Virus record (IMG/VR): IMGVR_UViG_3300000101_000024
Coordinates: 1-50,489 of that record
Source: a virus
Taxonomy: Duplodnaviria > Caudoviricetes
Length of the DNA stretch: 50,489 nucleotides
Direction: 5' to 3' (one strand)
Every line of letters begins with the position of its first letter. The first letter of the stretch is position 1. Below are positions 27,440 through 35,256 of this stretch, in pieces. The position numbers were made by a program, and so were the translations under genes. The notes beneath the pieces were generated by a model that saw nothing but the letters and a program-made list of their open reading frames with translations, was not told the origin of the DNA and made no database searches.

Positions 27440-28407
27440 TGTTAATTTATGGAGCTGGACTGGCAGGTCTTTTGGCAGCAAATGTTTTCCGGAGATTCAC
27501 TCCCACTGTTTGTGAGTCGCAAAGCAAGTTGCCCAACAACCATGGAGCTCTGTTGCGATTCAGAACAGATCGTGTTGGGGTGGCGAGCAACATACCTTTT
27601 AAAAAAGTCAAAGTCCAAAAAGCAATCAAGTATGATGGTGTGTTAACAACAACACCAAACATTCAACTCAGCAACATGTACTCACAAAAAGTAACTGGGG
27701 CTGTGCTTGATCGTTCAATAAATAATCTTGACTCTGTTGAAAGGTACATCGCACCATGGGAGCTTATAAATTTGCTTTCTCGTAATTGTTCGATAGAATA
27801 CAATATGGGATTGACGATGGATGAAATAACAGAAGCAAACGGAGTTGGTGTTCCGATAATATCTACAGTCCCGATGCCTGTGTTAATGAAAATTGTGGAT
27901 TGGCAGGATGTGCCTGAATTCCCTAAGCAAAAAATTTATACACAAACTGCTAGGATTGAAAACACAGAGTGCTCAGTCAACCAAACAATTTATTATCCCG
28001 ACCCACTCACAAGTCATTATCGGGTATCAGTTGTTGGCGACACAGTCATTTCAGAATCAATCCGGAGCCCAGATGGTAGTGCAGGAGCAAACATCATGAC
28101 GATGCTGATGGAGGACTTTGGCATCAGACCTCGCAAGCTCGTTGATATAAAATCTTCAAAACAAGAGTACGGTAAAATACGTCCAATTGACGAACAGTTG
28201 CGCAAGCAATTTATTTTCGAGATGACCACCAAGTACAACATCTACTCGGTTGGACGTTTCGCGACTTGGCGGCAGTTGTTGATGGATGATGTTGTTGAGG
28301 ATTTACAAATCATAGAAAATTTTCTTGAGAAGAGTTCTGATTATTCTCGTTGGATGCATTCTCAAAAAACTTGGCAGGAAACACTAACCCTTAAGAAAGG
28401 AACATAA
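27439..28407 (+). CDS. FAD-dependent oxidoreductase, Glf/UDP-galactopyranose-mutase-like fold
   Basis: IYGAGLAGL Rossmann motif, IISTVP, C-terminal GRFATWRQLLMDDVV resembling Glf GRLAxYxYxxMDxxI. Confidence 0.7.
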   Translation: MLIYGAGLAGLLAANVFRRFTPTVCESQSKLPNNHGALLRFRTDRVGVASNIPFKKVKVQKAIKYDGVLTTTPNIQLSNMYSQKVTGAVLDRSINNLDSVERYIAPWELINLLSRNCSIEYNMGLTMDEITEANGVGVPIISTVPMPVLMKIVDWQDVPEFPKQKIYTQTARIENTECSVNQTIYYPDPLTSHYRVSVVGDTVISESIRSPDGSAGANIMTMLMEDFGIRPRKLVDIKSSKQEYGKIRPIDEQLRKQFIFEMTTKYNIYSVGRFATWRQLLMDDVVEDLQIIENFLEKSSDYSRWMHSQKTWQETLTLKKGT

Positions 28408-28408
28408 A

Positions 28409-29062
28409 ATGAAAGTTGAATTAGTTAGTTACACTAAGGACGCAGTTGACCTTTTGTTGTTTACCAAGAACACCCGACTCATGCCTGATGATGATGCATA
28501 CAAAAGGATTGCTGAATGGGAGTGGGAGAAAAAACAAGCAGAGCTAGATTACATGCTCAACACAATCCGCTCGTCTTGGGAGTTTATAGATTATACTTTT
28601 AATGTTAGAGATGTAACAAGAGGATTCACTCATCAGTTCGTGCGCACTCGGCAAGCATCATATGCCCAGCAATCTCAGCGCACTGTGGACATGAGTGGGT
28701 TCAGTTATTACACTCCACCAGAGATTGAAAAAGATGAAGATGCAAAAACATATTACGATGAGTGCATGAAGACAATAAATTATTATTACCAGAAACTCCG
28801 CAAGCACGTCCCAGCAGAAGATGCTCGTGGCGTATTGCCAACAAACATTCATACAAACATTGTAGCGAAATTCAATTTGCGCACATTGAGTGAAATGGCC
28901 AAGTCCCGACTCTCACCAAGAGCGCAAGGCGAGTACCAAGAAGTGTTCAAGCTGATGGTGGCTGAGGTTGTTAAAGTCCATCCTTGGGCAGAACCTTTTT
29001 TAACACCAACTGAATGGGCTGCACCCTCGATGGGCAAAGCTCTAAATCCAAAGAAAGGATAA
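28409..29062 (+). CDS. thyX: Divergent flavin-dependent thymidylate synthase homologue
   Basis: THQFVRTRQASYAQQSQR (canonical RHRxxSxxxxSxR), EDARGVLP, NLR, AQGE. Confidence 0.8.
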   Translation: MKVELVSYTKDAVDLLLFTKNTRLMPDDDAYKRIAEWEWEKKQAELDYMLNTIRSSWEFIDYTFNVRDVTRGFTHQFVRTRQASYAQQSQRTVDMSGFSYYTPPEIEKDEDAKTYYDECMKTINYYYQKLRKHVPAEDARGVLPTNIHTNIVAKFNLRTLSEMAKSRLSPRAQGEYQEVFKLMVAEVVKVHPWAEPFLTPTEWAAPSMGKALNPKKG

Positions 29063-29066
29063 CGTC

Positions 29067-29261
29067 ATGCCAGAAAAATATAACCAAGCTGTTGTTGATC
29101 AAGTTCACGAGCTGCATGAAAGTGGAGGAAATTACAAACAAATATCTAGGATCATGGGATGGGGTCAAAATCCCAGACGTGTTCGTTACATAATAAACAA
29201 CAGGAAACCAAGTCCTAAATCTTTGTTCGCCAAGATTCAAGACCTTTTTACTCGTTTGTAA
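29067..29261 (+). CDS. Small HTH-like protein
   Basis: LHESGGNYKQISRIMG...VRYI pattern. Confidence 0.5.
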   Translation: MPEKYNQAVVDQVHELHESGGNYKQISRIMGWGQNPRRVRYIINNRKPSPKSLFAKIQDLFTRL

Positions 29262-29263
29262 AC

Positions 29264-29320
29264 TTTACTTTTTCCGCCAGATAGAGTATAATAACTATTC
29301 CAACTGAGAAAGGAAATCAA
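29264..29320 (+). promoter_or_regulatory. Promoter-RBS cassette, copy 4 (no hairpin)
   Basis: TTTACT-17-TATAAT-AACT; CTGAGAAAGGAAA. Confidence 0.75.
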
Positions 29321-29479
29321 ATGAATAAATACGTTATGAAGATTGTTGATGAGTGCGGGTTTGGACACACTTTAGACTTTGATGATCGGATGGCTTTATT
29401 GAATGAGCTTAATGACTGGGTGAAGACTCATGAGTCTGGTGAAACTCCTTTATATGAAATAACGATTGAAACTATTTAG
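29321..29479 (+). CDS. Small acidic early protein (52 aa)
   Basis: Manual: MNKYVMKIVDECGFGHTLDFDDRMALL...; directly after cassette RBS. Confidence 0.65.
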   Translation: MNKYVMKIVDECGFGHTLDFDDRMALLNELNDWVKTHESGETPLYEITIETI

Positions 29480-29491
29480 AAAGGAAACAAA

Positions 29492-29986
29492 GTGAACATA
29501 TTTTACGTACACCATTACCCTATGATCGCTGCACGCATGCATTGTGACAAACATTGCGTTAAGATGATACTTGAGACAGCACAACTTCTCAGCACCGCAC
29601 ACCGAGAGTTAGATGGTGATGATTATGCTGATGTGACTGGATTGTACAAGTCTGCTTTTAAAAATCATCCCTGTGCAATTTGGATTCGTCAGTCCCGTAA
29701 ACATTATCGTTGGGCGTATGATCTTTTTGTTGAGTTGTGCAAAGAGTACACTCATCGTTATGGCAAAGTCCACAAGACCGATCAGATGTTGCGCAATGCT
29801 CTTAAAAGCATTCCGGACAACTGCCCAGATGTTGCTTGGAATCAGCCACCACAGTGCATGCCAGAGCAGTACAAACAACACCCGAATCTTGCAGTCAAAG
29901 CATACCGAGATTATATTGTTGGTGAGAAAATTTCTTTCGCAACCGCATACACAAACAGGGAGACTCCATCATGGATAAACGCGTAA
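29492..29986 (+). CDS. Pyrimidine-dimer DNA glycosylase (DenV)-like protein
   Basis: MNIF...HCDKHCVKMILETAQLL...NHPC..W...RYGKVH...AYR.Y. Confidence 0.7.
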   Translation: MNIFYVHHYPMIAARMHCDKHCVKMILETAQLLSTAHRELDGDDYADVTGLYKSAFKNHPCAIWIRQSRKHYRWAYDLFVELCKEYTHRYGKVHKTDQMLRNALKSIPDNCPDVAWNQPPQCMPEQYKQHPNLAVKAYRDYIVGEKISFATAYTNRETPSWINA

Positions 29987-30405
29987 TCATTTCTGATCTT
30001 GACGGGACTTTGGGTGACTATGGTCACAGGATAAAATTTTACAAAGACCGAGACTACAAACAATTTAACAAACAAGGAATCAACGACAAGCCAATCGAGT
30101 CAATATGCAATATTCTTCGTGGGCTTAATAATGATGATACTGAAATCGCAGTCATAACTGCACGTGAAGAAACAGAAAGGAAGATGACTGAGAAGTGGCT
30201 GAGGCTGAACGACATCCCATTTGATAAACTTTTGATGCGTGGGATAGGTGATCAAAGATCAGACTGGGATGTTAAAGAAAGATTGTTCGAGGACAACTAT
30301 GATTGGCGAGATGTCTGGTTCGTTTTGGAAGATCGCAAGGGTTGCGTTGATATGTGGCGTGGCCAAGGTCTGACTTGTTTGCAAGTTGCTCCAGGAGACT
30401 TCTGA
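29971..30405 (+). CDS. HAD phosphatase (PNKP phosphatase-like)
   Basis: DLDGTL, ITAR, LLMR...D.R.D..VK, EDR, G.TCLQV. Confidence 0.8.
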   Translation: MDKRVIISDLDGTLGDYGHRIKFYKDRDYKQFNKQGINDKPIESICNILRGLNNDDTEIAVITAREETERKMTEKWLRLNDIPFDKLLMRGIGDQRSDWDVKERLFEDNYDWRDVWFVLEDRKGCVDMWRGQGLTCLQVAPGDF

Positions 30406-30623
30406 TGAATGATTTAAAATTAAATGGGAATGACATAGAGCTGAATGGTCATAAAGTTGCTAGAGTTTTTCATGTTGTTGGCACTTTGCGAGAGCAACTC
30501 GAAAAAGCTATAAACGATATTGACACAGCACCTAAAGGGATGAATGAGATTTACCAGAATGCTTATCGGGATGGATGGCAAGATGGTTACAACAAAGGGA
30601 TGGAGGGAGCACAAGATGAGTGA
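30405..30623 (+). CDS. Hypothetical protein (start revised to 30405)
   Basis: TGATG coupling and AGGAG RBS; Y.DG..DGY..G tail. Confidence 0.55.
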   Translation: MNDLKLNGNDIELNGHKVARVFHVVGTLREQLEKAINDIDTAPKGMNEIYQNAYRDGWQDGYNKGMEGAQDE

Positions 30624-30939
30624 AGTTTCACCAGCAGACTGTTTGGGAGAAGCAATGAACACTTTCCGAGAGCGTAGCAAAGTTTACGGGAAGAATTATT
30701 TACAACATGGCAAAGTCATGATGGCGTTGTTCCCGAATGGAATGGAGCTGAAGACTGAGGAAGATTGGAACAGGTTTGGGATCATTAACATGATTGTCTC
30801 AAAACTAACACGCTACTCTCAGAGCTGGCCAAGTGCTCACATAGACTCGATTCATGATTTGGGAGTTTATGCATTCATGCTGGAATCATTAGACATTAAT
30901 GATAAAATGGCAAACAGCTTGACAAAGGAGCTAGATTGA
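30616..30939 (+). CDS. Nmad1/DUF6378-like helical nucleotide-modification-associated protein (start revised to 30616)
   Basis: ER...YG...K..RY...H.DS..DL.VYA motif; GGAG RBS. Confidence 0.6.
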   Translation: MSEVSPADCLGEAMNTFRERSKVYGKNYLQHGKVMMALFPNGMELKTEEDWNRFGIINMIVSKLTRYSQSWPSAHIDSIHDLGVYAFMLESLDINDKMANSLTKELD

Positions 30940-31088
30940 TGAGCGAAGGAGTTGAAAAGACTTGTGGCAAGTGTCTTAAGCGTCCTGCGCAAAGATTGAT
31001 ATTAATGAGAAATGGTCGGAAGCAGTGGCGGTGTGATGTCTGCCAGCAAAGGAAAAATGTTTCCGGATTTAAAAGGAGAGCTGCATGA
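30939..31088 (+). CDS. Small Zn-ribbon protein (49 aa)
   Basis: Manual: CGKC...CDVC; overlaps both neighbours. Confidence 0.55.
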   Translation: MSEGVEKTCGKCLKRPAQRLILMRNGRKQWRCDVCQQRKNVSGFKRRAA

Positions 31089-31618
31089 TTGTTTTTGATT
31101 TAGAGACAACAGGTCTTCCGAAAGCAGAAGGTTCTGACCTAGACATCCAGCCCAAGATAATAGAGTTCGGTGGGGTTAAGTTGGATGAAGATTTAAACGA
31201 GATTGGCAGGTTGGAGTTTTTCTGCAATCCTGGACACCCACTCGACCCAATCATAACAAAGATCACAAAGATCACAGACGATGATTTAAAAAATGAAAAG
31301 CCATTCATAGCCAACTACAAACCTCTGTGTGATTTTTTCTTAGGCGAAACAAAAATCGTTGCACACAATTTACCATTCGACCGCAAGATTCTTAAATTTG
31401 AACTTGAGCGCAATGATAAGTTAACAAAGTTCCCATGGCCACCTGAACACATCTGCACAGTTGAGATTGGTAAGTCTGTTTGGGGGAGTTTCCGGAAACT
31501 CGCGGATATTTATTTCGAGGTCACAGGTCAAGAGCACAAAGGTGCTCACAGGTCAATTGCTGATGTTTTGGCAACTGTTGAAATTTTAAAGTGGTATAAA
31601 AAAGAGGGGCACATATAA
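31085..31618 (+). CDS. DEDDh 3'-5' exonuclease (DnaQ/epsilon-like)
   Basis: VFDLETTG, AHNLPFD, AHRSIAD. Confidence 0.9.
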   Translation: MIVFDLETTGLPKAEGSDLDIQPKIIEFGGVKLDEDLNEIGRLEFFCNPGHPLDPIITKITKITDDDLKNEKPFIANYKPLCDFFLGETKIVAHNLPFDRKILKFELERNDKLTKFPWPPEHICTVEIGKSVWGSFRKLADIYFEVTGQEHKGAHRSIADVLATVEILKWYKKEGHI

Positions 31619-31679
31619 TGGATCCGATAACTGCTAATATAATCGCTTGTGTTATTGTTTATTTTGTTTTTAATGTTTT

Positions 31680-34493
31680 ATGATTAACATACGTAACAGA
31701 ACTGAGTATTGTTTCCGCAAAGCATTTGGTTCTGTAGATAATGTCATTGCCGCGACATCAGAAGATGCAATCGGGATCTGCGACTCTGGGACTTGGGGTC
31801 ATGTTAACTTCAGCAAAGCCTGTAAAAAGTTAAACAAAAAAGCTCTGTTCGGAGTTGAGATCCCAGTTGTTGAGGATGCAACAGAGCGATCAAAGCAACC
31901 AACTAACGAGATGGCGTTCATCGCCAAGAACAATGAAGGTCTGGCTGAGATTTATCAGCTCGTGACCAAAAGTACCGACAAGCAACATTTTTATTATTTT
32001 CCGCGTTTGAGTTATGAGCACTTGTTCGACATCAGCGACAATATTATAATCCTCAGCGGAACAACTCCCAACTGGGGGCTGTTGCCTTTGACGAAAAAAG
32101 AAAACCTTTACATAGAGCTGAACCCGATGAGTGTGCGCAAGGCATTGGACTTTGCAGAGCGTAAAGATTTTAAAGTTGTGGCGACATCAGATAATTTTTA
32201 CCCAGCAGTCAAAGACAAAAAAGCGTATGAGGTGCTTGTTGGTCGGAACCGTACAGACCGCACTGCACCTATGCACATTTTAAATGAGTGGGAGTGGCAG
32301 GAGTCATTGCCATGGGCTCCAAAAGAAGCAATCGCGAGCACATACGAGATAGCCAAGAGTTGTGATGTTGATTTGCCAACCGCGACTAATGTTACTTTCA
32401 GCAGCAAGAAAACTCTTAAACAAATGTGTGAGGAAGGTGCTGTTAAGAAAAAGATAGATTTGTCTGATGAGGTTTATGCTGCTAGGCTGAGTCGGGAACT
32501 GGCAATGATTGCTCGGAAAAAGTTTGAAGATTATTTTTTCGTGATAGCTGACATGATTGAGTATTCAAAAAAGCACATGCTTGTTGGACCAGCAAGAGGT
32601 TCTTCAGCAGGATCGTTGGTTTGTTATCTGACAGACATAACTGATGTCGATCCTATCGAGCATGATCTTTTGTTTGAGCGTTTTATCGACATCACTCGTG
32701 AAGACTTGCCTGATATTGATATTGACTTCCAAGATGACCGCAGGGAGATGGTTTTTGATTATCTCCGAGATAAGTACGGTGCAGAGAAAGTTGCACACTT
32801 AGGGACTGTCTCCCGATACAAAGCAAAGAGCACTATCGCAGAAGTCGCCAAAGAACTCGGCATACCTGCTTGGGAGGTGAATGATTTGAAGGGTGCAATC
32901 ATTGAGCGGAGTTCTGGTGATTCGCGTGCAGCTTTTTGTATCTTGGACACATTTAATGAATTAGATGTTGGGCGTGAGGTGATGAGGAAATATCCTCAAA
33001 TGAAAGTTGCAGCAGACATGGAGAACCATGCTCGTCACACTGGTGTTCATGCAGCAGGGATGATTGTCACAGAGCACCCAGTCAGCAGGTACTGTTCAGT
33101 TTCTGCTCAAACAGGTGCAGCACAGATTGATAAAAAAGACGCAGAGGAACTTAATCTTTTAAAGATTGATGCACTGGGTTTGCGTACGCTGTCGGTTTTG
33201 CAAGATGTTCTTGATCAGATTGGTTGGGACAGAGACTCATTGATTAATTTTCCTCTTGAGGATGAGAAGTCGTTTGAGATTCTTAACTCTGGCAGATACG
33301 CAGGCATTTTCCAATTTGAAGGTTATGCACTGCAATCAGTCACCCATCAAATGAAAGTGCATAGCTTTGAAGACATTGCCGCCATAACTGCTTTGGCTCG
33401 TCCTGGACCACTTAACTCTGGAGGCACAACTGAGTATATAAAACGTCACACTGGTGAGGCTCCTGTCGAGTATCTTCACCCACTCACTGAAAAGATCACA
33501 AAGGTCACCAATGGTGTTGTTGTTTATCAAGAACAGGTGATGACGATTGCTCGGGATGTTGGAAAGTTATCTTGGGAAGATGTTTCAACTCTGCGCAAGG
33601 CAATGTCTAAATCTTACGGAAAGGAATATTTTGACACTTTTTGGGAGAGATTCAAAATCGGTGCGGCAGAGAATGGAATCAAAGAAGACCAAGCACAGCG
33701 TATTTGGGATAATATTAATACCATGGGTAGTTGGGCTTTCAATCGCAGTCATGCTATTGCTTATGGGATGGTTTCTTATTGGTGCTGTGTTCTTAAGTCT
33801 AGGTACCCTCTTGAGTTTGCTGCTGCATGTTTGCGGAATGTCAAAGACGACGACCAAGGAGTCAGGCTGTTGCGAGAGGTTGCGAAAGAGGGACTAGTTT
33901 ACAAACCTTTTGACAAATTCAAATCTGAAATAAATTGGTCTGTTCAGGATGGAGAACTGATTGGTGGGTTAATCGGGATAAAAGGCATTGGTCCTAAAAT
34001 GGCAGAAGGAATCATTGAGCGCAGAAAACTAATGCAACCATTGACCCCACGTCAAGAAAAACTTTTGAACGAAGGCACAACTCCGTACGATGATATCTTT
34101 GAGTGTGAGCGCAGGTTCGGTCACATTAAGCAGAATCCAGAACAGCACAACATAAAAACAAAGATCGTGGACATAGAATATTTGGATGCTGACACTCCAG
34201 GAACTTTTGTTTTCTTCGGCAAGCTGAAAGAGAAAAACTTACGAGACATGAACGAGACTGTCAACTTGGCAAAACGAGGAGGCAGAAGAGTTGAAACAAA
34301 TAACCTCTGGTTGAATTTAACTTTTGAGGATGATACTGGTCCAATCATCGCAACCATCGACAGATTTAAATATAACAAGATGGGCAAGCAAATAGTTGAA
34401 GATGGGAGGCTTGGTGATTGGTATCTGGTTAAAGGAACAATCAGAGCTGGGTTCAGGAAGATTTATGTCGACAAATGGAAAAAGTTGTCATAA
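31680..34493 (+). CDS. dnaE: Family C DNA polymerase (Pol III alpha-like)
   Basis: GPARGSSAGSLV, LLFERF, PDIDIDF, HAAG, KIDALGL, GIFQFE, YQEQVM, FNRSHA; C-terminal OB fold. Confidence 0.95.
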   Translation: MINIRNRTEYCFRKAFGSVDNVIAATSEDAIGICDSGTWGHVNFSKACKKLNKKALFGVEIPVVEDATERSKQPTNEMAFIAKNNEGLAEIYQLVTKSTDKQHFYYFPRLSYEHLFDISDNIIILSGTTPNWGLLPLTKKENLYIELNPMSVRKALDFAERKDFKVVATSDNFYPAVKDKKAYEVLVGRNRTDRTAPMHILNEWEWQESLPWAPKEAIASTYEIAKSCDVDLPTATNVTFSSKKTLKQMCEEGAVKKKIDLSDEVYAARLSRELAMIARKKFEDYFFVIADMIEYSKKHMLVGPARGSSAGSLVCYLTDITDVDPIEHDLLFERFIDITREDLPDIDIDFQDDRREMVFDYLRDKYGAEKVAHLGTVSRYKAKSTIAEVAKELGIPAWEVNDLKGAIIERSSGDSRAAFCILDTFNELDVGREVMRKYPQMKVAADMENHARHTGVHAAGMIVTEHPVSRYCSVSAQTGAAQIDKKDAEELNLLKIDALGLRTLSVLQDVLDQIGWDRDSLINFPLEDEKSFEILNSGRYAGIFQFEGYALQSVTHQMKVHSFEDIAAITALARPGPLNSGGTTEYIKRHTGEAPVEYLHPLTEKITKVTNGVVVYQEQVMTIARDVGKLSWEDVSTLRKAMSKSYGKEYFDTFWERFKIGAAENGIKEDQAQRIWDNINTMGSWAFNRSHAIAYGMVSYWCCVLKSRYPLEFAAACLRNVKDDDQGVRLLREVAKEGLVYKPFDKFKSEINWSVQDGELIGGLIGIKGIGPKMAEGIIERRKLMQPLTPRQEKLLNEGTTPYDDIFECERRFGHIKQNPEQHNIKTKIVDIEYLDADTPGTFVFFGKLKEKNLRDMNETVNLAKRGGRRVETNNLWLNLTFEDDTGPIIATIDRFKYNKMGKQIVEDGRLGDWYLVKGTIRAGFRKIYVDKWKKLS

Positions 34494-34541
34494 GTGATTA
34501 AATTAAAAAAGCTAATAGATACAAGGTTCTTAAGGAAGATG

Positions 34542-34637
34542 TTGCTTTCTCTGAAGAAATGGAGTATAATAAATGTAATGGGAAATGTTTTCTCCCAGAT
34601 TATGATGCTCTTTAAAATTCTGAGAAAGGAAATAAAA
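34542..34637 (+). promoter_or_regulatory. Promoter-hairpin-RBS cassette, copy 5
   Basis: TTGCTT-17-TATAAT; TGGGA/TCCCA hairpin; CTGAGAAAGGAAATAAAAATG. Confidence 0.75.
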
Positions 34638-35135
34638 ATGATTTATCTTGATCTTAAAGATAAACCTGCTCCAAGCAAGAGAGAGGTTTTTGATAGTAGA
34701 GGTAATAGGCGTAGAACTTGGTGTGGTCCGTATGTTGCAGCAGCAGTCTGCAAAACTGACTACGAGACTGTCTACCAAACCTTTCGGAAAGTAACTGGCA
34801 AACGCCACGTTGCAGGAACTCATTCATCAGTTGTGAAGGCAGTTATGCATAAGCATGGAGTTAAATCCGGAAGAATAGTTTATCTGACATCCAAATCTTT
34901 TTTGGGAGAGGCAAAAACTGGTGCCAAGAAAAAGCTGCATCATTTCTTGCGGGAGAATGCAGAGAATAAACTCTACGTTGTTTGCGTCGCAAACCATTGG
35001 GTTGTTGTTGATGGGCGAGACAAGACTGCCACCGACAGTTGGCATTCAGGCGAGTGGGTTCCGATCAGCGAGTTCTCTCACAAAAACCGATTAGTCAAAT
35101 ACTTTTGGCCAATCACTTCTAGACCTAGATTCTAG
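34638..35135 (+). CDS. Papain-like (C39-type) Cys-His fold protein (start revised to 34638)
   Basis: TWCGPYVAAAV and NHWVVVDG...DS motifs. Confidence 0.55.
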   Translation: MIYLDLKDKPAPSKREVFDSRGNRRRTWCGPYVAAAVCKTDYETVYQTFRKVTGKRHVAGTHSSVVKAVMHKHGVKSGRIVYLTSKSFLGEAKTGAKKKLHHFLRENAENKLYVVCVANHWVVVDGRDKTATDSWHSGEWVPISEFSHKNRLVKYFWPITSRPRF

Positions 35136-35141
35136 CAAACA

Positions 35142-35171
35142 TCCTCCCCCCATCGGGGGAGGAATTTTTTT
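35142..35171 (+). terminator. Rho-independent terminator
   Basis: TCCTCCCCC-CATC-GGGGGAGGA followed by A and T7. Confidence 0.8.
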
Positions 35172-35180
35172 ATTTTTTTG

Positions 35181-35256
35181 TTGACTTAACTGCCAGAAAG
35201 AGGGATAATAACTGTAATGGGAAAAACAACTCCCTAAATTAAGAAAGGAAAATAAA
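35181..35256 (+). promoter_or_regulatory. Promoter-hairpin-RBS cassette, copy 6
   Basis: TTGACT-17-GATAAT-AACTG; GGGA/TCCC; AGAAAGGAA. Confidence 0.8.

Noticed and set aside
34491-34503. TAAGTGATTAAAT as an IHF box before cassette 5
   Set aside because: Two mismatches to consensus and different spacing from the other two
34494-34637. N-terminal 48-aa extension of ORF 34494..35135
   Set aside because: It spans promoter cassette 5; the RBS points to ATG 34638
20354-35256. Dispersed repeats as a CRISPR array or att sites
   Set aside because: Not regularly spaced, match promoter/RBS architecture, and no cas or integrase gene is present
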